The position numbers and the translations under genes are program-made. The notes beneath the pieces are model-generated. The model was not told the origin of the DNA, did no database searches, and saw nothing but the letters and a program-made list of their open reading frames with translations. 56,983 nucleotides of DNA from positions 1 through 56,983 of IMG/VR virus record IMGVR_UViG_3300008261_000022. One strand, written 5' to 3'. Below are positions 9,701 through 19,800 of the stretch, one piece after another. The stretch comes from a virus (Duplodnaviria; Caudoviricetes). Position 1 is the stretch's first letter. Every line of letters starts with the position of its first letter.

Positions 9701-10390
9701 TTAACGCTCCTTCGCAACGAAGATGTAATCAACAGTCATGGTCTTGGCTACGGCTTCACCGTTCTGAATGGCAAATGTGACCGTAAGGTCTTCATCATCA
9801 GGCAGGTTGGTTGTTACAGAAGCACCACCAAGTACACCGTTTACAAAATACTGAATCTGCGACACACCATCGTAGTAGAAACCAAGGTTAATGAAAGTGT
9901 CATTAGCCATCGTTGCCACGGATGATGTTGTAGTCGCCGTGTTGTTTTTCTCAACCAACAGGCTCACCGAAGTGGAACCATCAGCTTTGATGAAAAACAC
10001 GCCATCCGTAACATCAAGCGGAGTCGTATCAGTAATTTGCAGTCCGACTACTAAATCAGATTGGGTTGCATCGCTGACCTTGAGGCGAGCCTCAAAGAAC
10101 AACTTTTTGCCCGAAGCAAAGCGATATGACTCGCCTTTCTTCTGCAACGAAACCAAATCATCGTCGGCAGCAGTATTGGTAATTAATAAAAGACCGCCAT
10201 CGCCATCTGTCAAAGCCTGAGTAGCGCCGGCATCCGTTTCAGTTACAGTCCAATCTCCGGCTGTGTAATAGTCGAAGTCTTCCATGTAAGTGTGAAACAG
10301 AGTCGGCGCTGGCATTGCCAAATCAGCGAATAGCGAATCCTCTCCCACATTGGTTACACCATTGGGGAAACGAGTTACTAGATTTGCCAT
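9701..10390 (-). CDS. Putative minor capsid/head fibre protein (beta-sandwich)
   Basis: TRFPNGVTN N-terminus, beta-rich, directly after major capsid gene, AGGAG RBS. Confidence 0.6.
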   Translation of the reverse strand: MANLVTRFPNGVTNVGEDSLFADLAMPAPTLFHTYMEDFDYYTAGDWTVTETDAGATQALTDGDGGLLLITNTAADDDLVSLQKKGESYRFASGKKLFFEARLKVSDATQSDLVVGLQITDTTPLDVTDGVFFIKADGSTSVSLLVEKNNTATTTSSVATMANDTFINLGFYYDGVSQIQYFVNGVLGGASVTTNLPDDEDLTVTFAIQNGEAVAKTMTVDYIFVAKER

Positions 10391-10401
10391 CGCATTCTCC
10401 T

Positions 10402-10425
10402 AAGAAGAGGGGGCACGAGGCCCCC
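10402..10425 (-). terminator. Hairpin/terminator after major capsid gene
   Basis: GGGGGC-CTC-GTGCCCCC-type GC stem followed by TCTTCTT on minus strand. Confidence 0.6.
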
Positions 10426-10433
10426 GTCTATTT

Positions 10434-11348
10434 TTAGACGCCGGGAGTACCGTACATTGCACGAGGATCGGTAAAGCCGACATCGTAACGCTCGGTGGCT
10501 TTGTACCGCATAGTGTCGGTCTCAAAGTCGCCTTCCATGGTCTTTTCAAGGCCACGGCGCATCATCAGCTTCATACCTTCCGGTGCGTCTGTTTGTACCC
10601 ACCATGCAGTCGGATTGGTCAAACGCGACAGAACGGCAGCACCCTCATCGAGCAGTCCGATGGACTTGACGGGGTTGATGTCGTTGTTAGCGTTGCCAGA
10701 ACGAAGCACGGACTTGAGCAGAACTTCAGCTTGGAAGACATTGCCTGGAGCCACGACCAATTGGCGTGGAACCAAACGAATCTTCTTGCCGTTATTGTCA
10801 ACCGCTTGGCGGATCTGAATAAGCATCTGCTCAAGGGAGGTCTGCGACAAGTTAGCAGGAGTCGTCAGGAGGTTGCTAAATGTTCCGTTTACGATGGGGT
10901 GTGAAGCGGAGTTCAATTGAACGCCATCACCACCAGGGTAAGAGGAGTTAAATGCACGATTCAGCACATTGGCGCTGAGCGTTTCCTTGGTCTCAATCAA
11001 AGACTGAGCAAGGTGACGCGCATACACTTGGCCGATACGGATATGGTCGCCATCCTCAACAAGAACTTTGGTCAAGGCGAAGGCTAGGCCATACACCGAG
11101 TACACATAACGCTTGAGGAAGAGTACGCCACCCTGCTGATAGGTAACCGGAGTTCCATCAGGCAGTTGGGGCGCGGCACCAAATCCATAAAGGACTGGCT
11201 CTTCGTGATAGTTACGGGGGATACCTTGTTGCTCACGGAAAACTCGTGACCACTCATCGGTACGCTGGTCATAGACTCCATCGAAGCATTCGTTAAGGAT
11301 TGGCTCAACTATGCTTCTAAAGTCGGTACTACGCATCGGGGCTGCCAT
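10434..11348 (-). CDS. Major capsid protein (HK97 fold, Mu gpT-like)
   Basis: 304 aa; GFGAAP..DG..VTY, PRQLVVAP, MEGDFETDTMRYKATERY..GFTDPRAMYG; strong AAGGAGG RBS; downstream hairpin. Confidence 0.9.
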   Translation of the reverse strand: MAAPMRSTDFRSIVEPILNECFDGVYDQRTDEWSRVFREQQGIPRNYHEEPVLYGFGAAPQLPDGTPVTYQQGGVLFLKRYVYSVYGLAFALTKVLVEDGDHIRIGQVYARHLAQSLIETKETLSANVLNRAFNSSYPGGDGVQLNSASHPIVNGTFSNLLTTPANLSQTSLEQMLIQIRQAVDNNGKKIRLVPRQLVVAPGNVFQAEVLLKSVLRSGNANNDINPVKSIGLLDEGAAVLSRLTNPTAWWVQTDAPEGMKLMMRRGLEKTMEGDFETDTMRYKATERYDVGFTDPRAMYGTPGV

Positions 11349-11362
11349 GTTCTATGCCCTCC

Positions 11363-11962
11363 TTAGATCGCGTTAACAGTACCTGCGTACTGGTGTTCGC
11401 TAATTTGAACTCGTACAATTGTGTACGCATCTCCCCACGCATTATCTGGGTAGGGGGCTAAGTCGATAACACGACATTGTTTGGCTGCACCAGAACCTGC
11501 TGCCGTTGTGCCTAAAGTGGCTTGCGACAGACCGGTAGTGGTCGAACCGGCAGTTGGGTTTGTAATGTCAAATTCATCACCAACAGCCGCTTGTGTCAGA
11601 GAGCCATCTACTTGGATCTCATAAACAATGATCGGATCTTGGTAAAAATAAGCAATTACGGAACCAACTAGGAACGACTCATTGGCAGGCCAATAGTTGC
11701 TAACACGACGGCGTCCGGTGGCATCAGTCCACTCAACACCAGCAAACGCTCCGAGGAACGCATCACCGGTGCCGGCAACTACGATATAGCCAGCGGTATC
11801 CATCTTGACGGGTTGACCTTTCAGGATCGTGGTGGCGTAACCAGCCGACACATTTCCTGTGGTCGATACAGCTTGAATTCCGTTTGCGAGAGCGAAGGCA
11901 CGATCCAAACCAGAAGGATGGAACGCGGGGCGCAATCCAAACGGAGCAGAGGTAGCACTCAT
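11363..11962 (-). CDS. Capsid decoration/auxiliary head protein
   Basis: PFGLRP N-terminus, ILKGQPVK..GAFAGVE; lies immediately upstream of major capsid gene. Confidence 0.6.
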   Translation of the reverse strand: MSATSAPFGLRPAFHPSGLDRAFALANGIQAVSTTGNVSAGYATTILKGQPVKMDTAGYIVVAGTGDAFLGAFAGVEWTDATGRRRVSNYWPANESFLVGSVIAYFYQDPIIVYEIQVDGSLTQAAVGDEFDITNPTAGSTTTGLSQATLGTTAAGSGAAKQCRVIDLAPYPDNAWGDAYTIVRVQISEHQYAGTVNAI

Positions 11963-12001
11963 TTCTTACTCCTTAATGGTTGATAAATCCTCCCTGTGCC
12001 A

Positions 12002-12538
12002 TTATTGAAATGCAGGCGCAGGTAGGGGTTTGTCAATATCGCCTAGTCCATCACCCTCAACCTGTCCGAGTCGTTTACCCGAACTGTCGCGTCCAACTTG
12101 TGACTCAGCCTGCACCTTGATTTTGTTTGCTTCCTCTAAGGGAGCATCGTGGTGGAAGTGAGCCATGATGTCTTGATATTGTTCCTCTGGAATTTTGAAC
12201 AAGAGCATCTCATTGCAAGCGACATATCCAACATATTCTCCAGCCTTTACGCGATAGTTTTCGTAACCTTTGATATCCTCAGCTTTAACCGGTACATATC
12301 CAAGACGAATTCGCTTATCGATACTGTCGTAACTGTTAGTGGTTGATAGCCAACAGACGTGCCACCCAGGTATTAGGGGGGCGTTTGGCAGCGCACTTTG
12401 TGTCCATTCATCTTTCCACATCTTGCGACGCTCTTCGGATGATACGAACGAGTCCTCTGGTGCCTTTCGGCTGTCGTCCTCGCTTGAGCGAGTTTCGCGT
12501 GAACCAGCGGATAAAGATTTTTTGAGTCGAGAATCCAT
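12002..12538 (-). CDS. Hypothetical head-module protein
   Basis: Full ORF with AGGAG RBS between scaffold and capsid genes. Confidence 0.7.
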   Translation of the reverse strand: MDSRLKKSLSAGSRETRSSEDDSRKAPEDSFVSSEERRKMWKDEWTQSALPNAPLIPGWHVCWLSTTNSYDSIDKRIRLGYVPVKAEDIKGYENYRVKAGEYVGYVACNEMLLFKIPEEQYQDIMAHFHHDAPLEEANKIKVQAESQVGRDSSGKRLGQVEGDGLGDIDKPLPAPAFQ

Positions 12539-12541
12539 TTT

Positions 12542-13501
12542 TTAGCTCCTATTCTGTCGTGCTTGTTCGGCGTATTTTTGAGCCATCCGGGCGCGTTTCT
12601 TTGGGTCATCCCAAAGTCCTGCATCTTTCATAGCTCTCACTTGTTCGGGACTTAAAGTAAAGGTGTTTCGGCTTGCGCCACCACCCGTTTCCCGCTCGCT
12701 TCCTGTCACAACGCTCCTAGGGCCTCTCTTTCTTGGAGTCTCGTCATTGGTCTCAGTATATGCACGACTTTCTTGCTCCTGCAACCGTGCATCTAATTCA
12801 TCCCAATAATCTTCTGAGGCGGGGTCCCAACCTTCCCGCACAAGTTGATTATCAATTCGCTTGGCAACCCGACTTCTTGGGTCTGTACCCTCAGGGTCAT
12901 ACCAAGCGTTCCTGTCCATCCAAGAGTTGGCCAATAATTTGATTTGGCCGGATTCTTGGTTGTTTTCGGCAGGAGGTTGCTGTTCAGCCTGAGCCTTGTA
13001 GACCCGCATCTTTTCTATGCGGTCTTTGGTCTCATACATAAGCTCTTGAGCCTTGATCATGGCTTGGCCATCGGAGTTTTCCGTGGCTTCGCGCATCTTG
13101 GCCTTGGCGTAGTTTAGGCGGGCTTCCTCATCCTGAATGGCTTTATCAAGTCGGGCAATGTCAGAGATGTGGGACTTCTTCTCAATTGCCGCCAACCTGG
13201 CCATCAGTTCTTGGTTCTGCCTAGCCAATAAAACCAACCGCTGGTCTTTCTCCTGGTTGGTCTTCTTGATGTAGTCCTTTTTGGCTCTACGGCGGGCACG
13301 GCGAGCCTCCCTTACCGCATCGGTGTCGTCTGGGTGATCCTCATCGGACTCGTCAGCCTCACCGCCTTGGGCTTTTTGCTCTTCGGCCTTTGGCTCTTCT
13401 TCGGCCTCTTCAGGCAGAAGTCCCTCAGGAACCTCAAAGGTCGCTGAGCCATCCTTTTCTTCAGATACCTTTATTTCTTGCTCTTTAATTTCTTCACTCA
13501 T
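12542..13501 (-). CDS. Capsid scaffolding protein
   Basis: Acidic N-terminus, long coiled coil, C-terminal LSPEQVRAMK...KYA; position between portal and capsid. Confidence 0.7.
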   Translation of the reverse strand: MSEEIKEQEIKVSEEKDGSATFEVPEGLLPEEAEEEPKAEEQKAQGGEADESDEDHPDDTDAVREARRARRRAKKDYIKKTNQEKDQRLVLLARQNQELMARLAAIEKKSHISDIARLDKAIQDEEARLNYAKAKMREATENSDGQAMIKAQELMYETKDRIEKMRVYKAQAEQQPPAENNQESGQIKLLANSWMDRNAWYDPEGTDPRSRVAKRIDNQLVREGWDPASEDYWDELDARLQEQESRAYTETNDETPRKRGPRSVVTGSERETGGGASRNTFTLSPEQVRAMKDAGLWDDPKKRARMAQKYAEQARQNRS

Positions 13502-13510
13502 GGTTTTCCC

Positions 13511-13948
13511 CTATATGAAGGCTTTCATGGATAGTGGGTCGCCGGTCAATTTGGCTATCACTTCGTGGTCGTTGATCACCATAAATAGTGATGGCTCTTC
13601 GTCAGGCTTGCCCGGAATAGGCACTTCCCATCGATCACCGCCCCATTTAGGTACTCGTATGTAATCGCCCACTTCGCACCAAGACCCCTCAGGCCATGGT
13701 TCCATGGTGTCGCGCTTACGGAACGCCAATGGCCCAATCTCTAAAACTTGGGCGACCATGTTGTTCCACTTTTCGGTTTCTTTAGTTTCTTCAACCAAAA
13801 TAATCCCTGCGCTTGTTGCCTTCTTTTTTGTGCGCCGCAACTGAACCAAAATGCGAGCACCAAGAGGTTTAGCACCGGGGTCTACGCTCGGAAATGCCCA
13901 AGCCAACTCAGCGTTATCACACGCTACCGGTTCATTCATCTTCATCAT
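13511..13948 (-). CDS. groES: GroES-like co-chaperonin (cpn10)
   Basis: KPLGARILV...TSAGIILVEETKE...VLEIGP...VGDYI...INDHEVIA match the cpn10 pattern. Confidence 0.85.
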   Translation of the reverse strand: MMKMNEPVACDNAELAWAFPSVDPGAKPLGARILVQLRRTKKKATSAGIILVEETKETEKWNNMVAQVLEIGPLAFRKRDTMEPWPEGSWCEVGDYIRVPKWGGDRWEVPIPGKPDEEPSLFMVINDHEVIAKLTGDPLSMKAFI

Positions 13949-14117
13949 CTTCCTTTAATAGGTTGTTAAGTATGTCCAAGGACTCCTGTAGCCCTTGATA
14001 AGTCCCAACCAAACGCTGATAAGACTCCCAAGTCGTTGCCGTACCGCCGGCAAGGGACGCGGCTATTTCAGCCTGCCTAGCCTTAATCGCGCTGATCAGA
14101 TCTGAGGTTGTGTTCAT
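13932..14117 (-). CDS. Small helical hypothetical protein
   Basis: WESYQRLVGTYQGL; coupled in head operon. Confidence 0.7.
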   Translation of the reverse strand: MNTTSDLISAIKARQAEIAASLAGGTATTWESYQRLVGTYQGLQESLDILNNLLKEDDEDE

Positions 14118-14278
14118 TTTTTCTTAGTAGCTTGGCTTAGCCCCCCTTTCGACTGAGATTTGGTTTTCGACTCGGTTTGGGTCGATTTCATGGTTTGGCC
14201 ATCAAGCGGAACGCCCATAGCCATGCGCTTGTGCTGCTGAACCAAGTCGCCTTTTTGCTCTTTGTCGTAATCAGACAT
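14114..14278 (-). CDS. Small basic protein with C-terminal SKGGL motif (not in ORF track)
   Basis: Hand translation MSDYDKEQKGDLVQQHKRMAMGVPLDGQTMKSTQTESKTKSQSKGGLSQATKKK; AAGGAG RBS; overlaps portal stop and next start. Confidence 0.7.
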   Translation of the reverse strand: MSDYDKEQKGDLVQQHKRMAMGVPLDGQTMKSTQTESKTKSQSKGGLSQATKKK

Positions 14279-16823
14279 TTACATCTCCTTTTTTGATTAA
14301 CTCCACGGCGGACTTATCCTGGTCGAACTTCAACCGGGCCGCATCACGGGTTAACCGTGCCGTTTCGATGCGTTCCTTCATCTCCAAATCGCCCATGGCA
14401 ATAGACATCTTGTACTTCTGCTCTTCCATGGCCAATTCGTAGTCTTTTTGCAACCTTGCCATCTCGCGCTCTGCATCGGCGGCCATCTCCCGATCCTTGA
14501 GTTGCATTTCGGCTTGGTCGCGCTGGGCGCGGCGCTGGGTCTCTGCCATGGAGGTATCGAGCAGAACCTTGGCATCCGCGGTGAGGGGAGGTTGGGGCTT
14601 GTACTGCTGAGCCGCTTGGATCATCTGCTGAATCGTCGGCATGATGCCCTGCAAGGTCTCTTCGCTGTCCAAGCTGATGTGTTGGCCGGCCATGGAGTAG
14701 AGCCTGTCGATGTCCTTTGGATTGACCGCCAAAGCATAATTCTCGTGCAGTTCGCCGCCCAAAGACTTGCTGACATAGCCCTTTGCCCTGCCCAAATACC
14801 ATAGAACGATGTGCTGCTTGATGTGCTCCATGGCCTTAGGCATAAACTGAGGCGCAATCAATGGGTTACCCCCGAATACAGGGTCTTTAGCGAAGTCTAG
14901 GTGGCTCTGTATATGAGCCAAGTGGTCTTGCTCAGGGTAGGCAAATGCGGCCGATCCAAGGGTCATAGCCACATTCTCATTGGCAGAGTCCATCTTCTTG
15001 GGAGCCGGCACATCGATCATCAACTCATTGACCCCAGGTACCTTGATCTGCTTTAAGAACCGGGAAATCACGGCCTTGCGGTTAAAGAGGTCAGGGTTTT
15101 GCTGCATGATGGCCATAACCGCTTGGGTTTGAGCCATCCGTTGGGTTTCAGAGAAGATATGCGGGTCTGAGACCGGGACAATGTCGGTAGTCTTGGCAAA
15201 ATCATCGCGGGTGACATTCAGATCCTGAACGACATCACCTTTTTTCATGTCATCCAGGTACCAGCGGTTAATCCGCCCCAAAATCCTAAGAACTCTGCCC
15301 TGAGACTCATGCAAACGGGCATGGATTGAGGAAAATACCGCCGCACCCTGCTCAATTAGCGCCTGAGTCGTGCCAACGGGGGTGTTTTGCCCCACATCTG
15401 CAATCTTTTCCTCAGCGGTCGTAACCACGCCCTTAGCCGCGTTGGTTAACCAGGCCAAAAGCTGGTACAAAACGGGGCTTGGCGGGTTAAACGGCATCGG
15501 CATGGCCAGTTTGCGGACATCATCCACCCCCGGAGCCGCTTCGATCTCAGAGACTTGGGTGATTTCCACTTGTTGGCTCTGACCCGACACCTTTGCGCCC
15601 TTTAACTTTAAGAGTGTGGCGGCGTTGTTGATGTGGGCAGAGTCTAGGAGGGCGCGAAGCGAGCCGGTTAACGCGGCGGCTAAGCCCCCAATGAGGTGGG
15701 GAAGACCTACGGCATAGGCACCACGCCAAGGAATGAACTTAAACTCCACAATCCATTCCAATTTGGTCATGGAGTCATCGCCCTCTTCCCAATTTCGGTA
15801 TAGGCCAAGGACTTCGTTGTCCAATTCGTCAATCATCAAGATGTAGGGAGCCATCTCCCCCTTGGAATACTTGTCCTCAGGCACCTCTAGGAAGGTGTAG
15901 ATGTGATAAACCCTGCGGACACCGTCTTCGTTCTCATCTGGCTCTTTGCCTTCGACCTTTAGGTTGGCCTTTTCTGCGGCAGACTCATCAGGGTAGGCGG
16001 TTGCCCGTACCATGGAGATGTCTCGATAGAGGTTGGCGTTAATCCGGCGCTTGAATTCGTACTGCGTTATGTCCTGAATCTCCGTAACCCGTTGGGCGGT
16101 GTAGAAGTTCCCGGCAGCAAACGGCAGCAAAACATTGTCGATAGGCAGGAACTCAGCGCACGGGCGCTTTTTGCGCTCGTCGTACCACAGTTTCATGTAC
16201 TGCGAGCCACCCAAGGGAAGCTGGGTGAGCATCTGCTCCTCTTCATCACGGAACTCTTCGATTTGCTCCGTGAGCTGCCAGTTCATCCAATCCCGTTTGC
16301 GCTCTGAAACGGCCATCTTTTCATCGTTTACCTCACCCAAAATCTTGGTTTTAGTAGGACCATCGGGCGGAAACATTTCCTTGATGGCTCTAGCGGCAAA
16401 GTCAATACAAGCCTCAGCCATGATGGGGTGAACCACCTTGGAGGCACCGCTGAAGGTCGCTCCGCCGGGGGCATCGTTGCCCATTCCTGTCCGCCGGATG
16501 CCCTCTTCGTACTGCTCATCGCGCTTTTTGCGGCTTTCCTTGTCATTTCTGATAAGGGTTTGGTACTTTAGGGCGATGCTTTTGAGGTCAAAAAGGTCGA
16601 TGTCCTCGTCTTCGGCCAAGTTTTGGTAGAAGTCTTCGTTCTCCATTGGCCCTTTGGTGGGCATCTTGACCACGGCTGAGCCATCAGGGAGTTCCTCAAT
16701 GTCGGCCTCTGTCAGTTCGGGCAACTCAACCTCAGTCTCCGCACCCTGCTCTTCCATGGTTGGGTCAGGGATGCCTTCAACGAAGCGATTAAATTCGGGA
16801 TCTATTGGGAATTCTTCAGCCAT
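14271..16823 (-). CDS. Portal protein
   Basis: 850 aa; VVHPIMAEAC..F.ARA..E.FP..GP, DWMNWQLTE, GAYAVGLPHLIGG, PVGTTQALIEQG; C-terminal coiled-coil barrel. Confidence 0.85.
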   Translation of the reverse strand: MAEEFPIDPEFNRFVEGIPDPTMEEQGAETEVELPELTEADIEELPDGSAVVKMPTKGPMENEDFYQNLAEDEDIDLFDLKSIALKYQTLIRNDKESRKKRDEQYEEGIRRTGMGNDAPGGATFSGASKVVHPIMAEACIDFAARAIKEMFPPDGPTKTKILGEVNDEKMAVSERKRDWMNWQLTEQIEEFRDEEEQMLTQLPLGGSQYMKLWYDERKKRPCAEFLPIDNVLLPFAAGNFYTAQRVTEIQDITQYEFKRRINANLYRDISMVRATAYPDESAAEKANLKVEGKEPDENEDGVRRVYHIYTFLEVPEDKYSKGEMAPYILMIDELDNEVLGLYRNWEEGDDSMTKLEWIVEFKFIPWRGAYAVGLPHLIGGLAAALTGSLRALLDSAHINNAATLLKLKGAKVSGQSQQVEITQVSEIEAAPGVDDVRKLAMPMPFNPPSPVLYQLLAWLTNAAKGVVTTAEEKIADVGQNTPVGTTQALIEQGAAVFSSIHARLHESQGRVLRILGRINRWYLDDMKKGDVVQDLNVTRDDFAKTTDIVPVSDPHIFSETQRMAQTQAVMAIMQQNPDLFNRKAVISRFLKQIKVPGVNELMIDVPAPKKMDSANENVAMTLGSAAFAYPEQDHLAHIQSHLDFAKDPVFGGNPLIAPQFMPKAMEHIKQHIVLWYLGRAKGYVSKSLGGELHENYALAVNPKDIDRLYSMAGQHISLDSEETLQGIMPTIQQMIQAAQQYKPQPPLTADAKVLLDTSMAETQRRAQRDQAEMQLKDREMAADAEREMARLQKDYELAMEEQKYKMSIAMGDLEMKERIETARLTRDAARLKFDQDKSAVELIKKGDVNV

Positions 16824-16835
16824 CTTATGGTTTCC

Positions 16836-19800
16836 TTAATTCATAGCGTGGGCAAGACCGCCCTTTTTACGCCCTGTTAGTTTTTTCTGCATCTCTCGGT
16901 ACTTCATGGCGCTATCTAACCAGCTTTGATCTAAGTCTTGGAGCGGGGCAAACAACTCCAATGACTTATGCGCTCCCTCCGGTGTTTTACCCATCAGGCG
17001 CTTAGCCTCAAAGTGGGTTGGGTACATTTGCTCAACAGGCAATTGATTCTCAAAACTTCCAAAGTAATCCCCGCCCAAATCGAGCGGGTAGGTTGAATGG
17101 CCTGATTTTTCAAAGATAGTGGCTTCAGGATCAAGGCGGGCGATGGTGTAGCCCGATGCGCCACGCTCAACATCCAAGAGCTCAGGATCGGTCACGGCCA
17201 ATCGAGTGGCCGCCACATCTGGGAACCCTCTCTTTTGGAATCCGGCCTTGGCCATAGCCTTTACAAACGCATCCCGTTGGCCACCAGGTCCTGTGATTAG
17301 TTTGTCGCGCAACTCCGGGTCTTCAAGCCCTGGGAAATTGGGAGCCTTGGGCTTGCCACCTTGACCCTTGACCGCTTTGACCGCGGCGTTAAACGCCTCA
17401 ATGTCTTTCTTGCTGAAGGCCGATATGTCCATCTGATTGAGCAACGCTTCGGTCATCATGGTGTTGAAGTCCACCGACAGGGGACTCATGGCCGTATACA
17501 CCCCGTAGATTGGCTGGCCGGACTCCCTTGCCATTTTGATCCGCTTGGCAAGCATAGATAGCACCCCTTGGCCGGAAGCCCATGCAGAGCCGGGATGGAG
17601 CCTCATAAAGTCCGGGCCACCCTCCAAGATCACATTCATGGGGGTACCTTCGATTTCCTGAATGATCCTTCCCGCTGCGGCTCTGTCTCCGGCAAACGGT
17701 ATGGCTATGCCGTTTTGTATATCTTCAGGGGTAATGATTTTCCTTGGGAGGAGTTGAACCGATGGATCATCAACGACCTTCGATTTGTATTCCCCAATCG
17801 GCTTGGCTAATCTAGTCTCTGAGATGTCATGCCAATAGCCAGCGGCTTCGGCCTCAGCCTTGCTCATCCGCTTACTAGCCTTCTCTGCGGCCTTGGCAAT
17901 CTTGGCTATCCCGCCCTTGGCCATCCGCTCTTCATGCCAAGCCTTTAACTTCTCATCTTTGACTAGGCCACCCTTTTTGTAGGACTGCCCAATCTTCACA
18001 TCTGACTTTAAGTTGGCGGGCAGATCCATAACCCATATGCCGGTCTCAGCCTTGTTAGCCTCTTTCAAGGCTTTGTCTTCAGAGTAGCCCCCGCCCAATC
18101 TCTCATTGGTGTTGGGATCTCTCACCTCATACCACATGACTTCATCGCCAAAGCCATCTACATCACCGGTTGGCTCAGAGGTCACATCGTCATAACCGTA
18201 TCGTTGAACGGCCACGCCCTTACGCTGCGGCTTGACCCCGTACTTTTTATATTGCTTTTCCAAGAACTTGGGGTAGACATCATCGTAGTACTTCTTCATC
18301 CCCTCGCCGCCGATGTCTAAGCCTTGGCCGGAGATAACGCCCTTATCCATCTCCATAACCTTCTTGCCTACGGCTTTGCCAACAACATCGGTAATTGGCT
18401 TGCCTACCGCTCGATCAAAGTGTCTTTGGGTGGAGCTTGTGACCATGCCATCATCATCTACGCCAAGCACAATAGTGCCGCCGCCCTTGGTTTGAATACT
18501 TACCGTGCGCTTGCCATCACCCTTCTCAACGCCGATAGCATCTACCTTCCGGCTTAGGGCATAGCGGTTTGCCTGTTCTTTTCCGCCGACTATGGCCACG
18601 GCATCGTAGTCATTGTCTGAGGCGTACTTTACAGCCCGCTTTAGAGCAAGCTGGTACCAATCTTCTTTGAACGGAGCATCAGGTACGCCAAGTAACTTTT
18701 GGCTACCAATCCAATCATCGTATTCTTTGGTCAGGGCATTGATGGAATCTAGATTGCTTTCATCTGTTTCTGACCATCGGTTGCTGAAGTTTTTCAGCCA
18801 TTCAATTTGGTAAGGTGTCATTTCGGTGCTATGCAGAGCAATCAACTCATCTGCATCCCGCTTGGGCATTGGCCTATTTGCGCCGTACCCCTTGTCCCGA
18901 CCGGCTTGGTGCCAATCCGACTGCACCTCCTCAATGACTAAGGTTTTCTTACCATCGATGTCCCTATCCTGCATTCGGATGTGAGCTAGAACATTTGGCT
19001 CTTCCCAATGAGGTGACTTGTAATCTACTCCCGATGCGTTTTTCAATGTTACGGGTTGGGTCGGGAGCGATGGATCGATCTTGGCATCTTTAATTGCCTC
19101 CTCAATCGTATTTCCGGTTCCGCGAATATCGGTGCGGCCATCAACTACATACCATCCTTTGTTCACATCAAATGTCGTACCACCAAAAACTTGACTTTGA
19201 GGCAAGATTTCCCAATTCTTTGGGATATTCACAGTTATCTCAGAGCCCTGTTTGATGTTGGTTGGCAAGGTCAGTAAGAGTTCCCGATAGTTCTTCCCGC
19301 CCGGAAGGTTCAAGTCTTGAGAGTCAAACTTAGGGGGTGGGTTATCTAAGTACCGCTTTTTGGTTGTCTCAAACCAATCCAAGTCTTCTTGTGGTATGTC
19401 GTAAAAGCCTTTTGAGATCAATGTCTCAAGCTCATTCATCTTGTTGATCTCGGCCTCAGTCATGTTTTGGGCTCGGACAACCTCTTGAACTTGGATCTTG
19501 TTGTTGTTGATGTAGTCCACCACCTCATCTTTGGTGACCGCAGTCTTGGACTTGAGCCACTCCGTAAGCCCGATAGCCTCTAACTCATCCTTCTTAACCC
19601 CTGGTTGCTTAGTGATGTCGTTTAGGAAAGACTGCCCTGAGCCTGACTTACGCTGCAGATTGACTGCCGCCTTCTCAGTCGCTGAGTAAAAGCCCAGCTC
19701 ATCGGCAGGCACCTTGACCTTGCCTGATATGGCTTCGGCGGCTGATGGTGCGCCGGCAGGGGGAACGGTAGATCCACCCACGGGAAGGTTCCTTAGCGAC

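Noticed and set aside
14344-14802. Second overprinted gene within the portal gene
   Set aside because: Arg/Gly-rich off-frame translation of GC-rich codons with no protein-like motif
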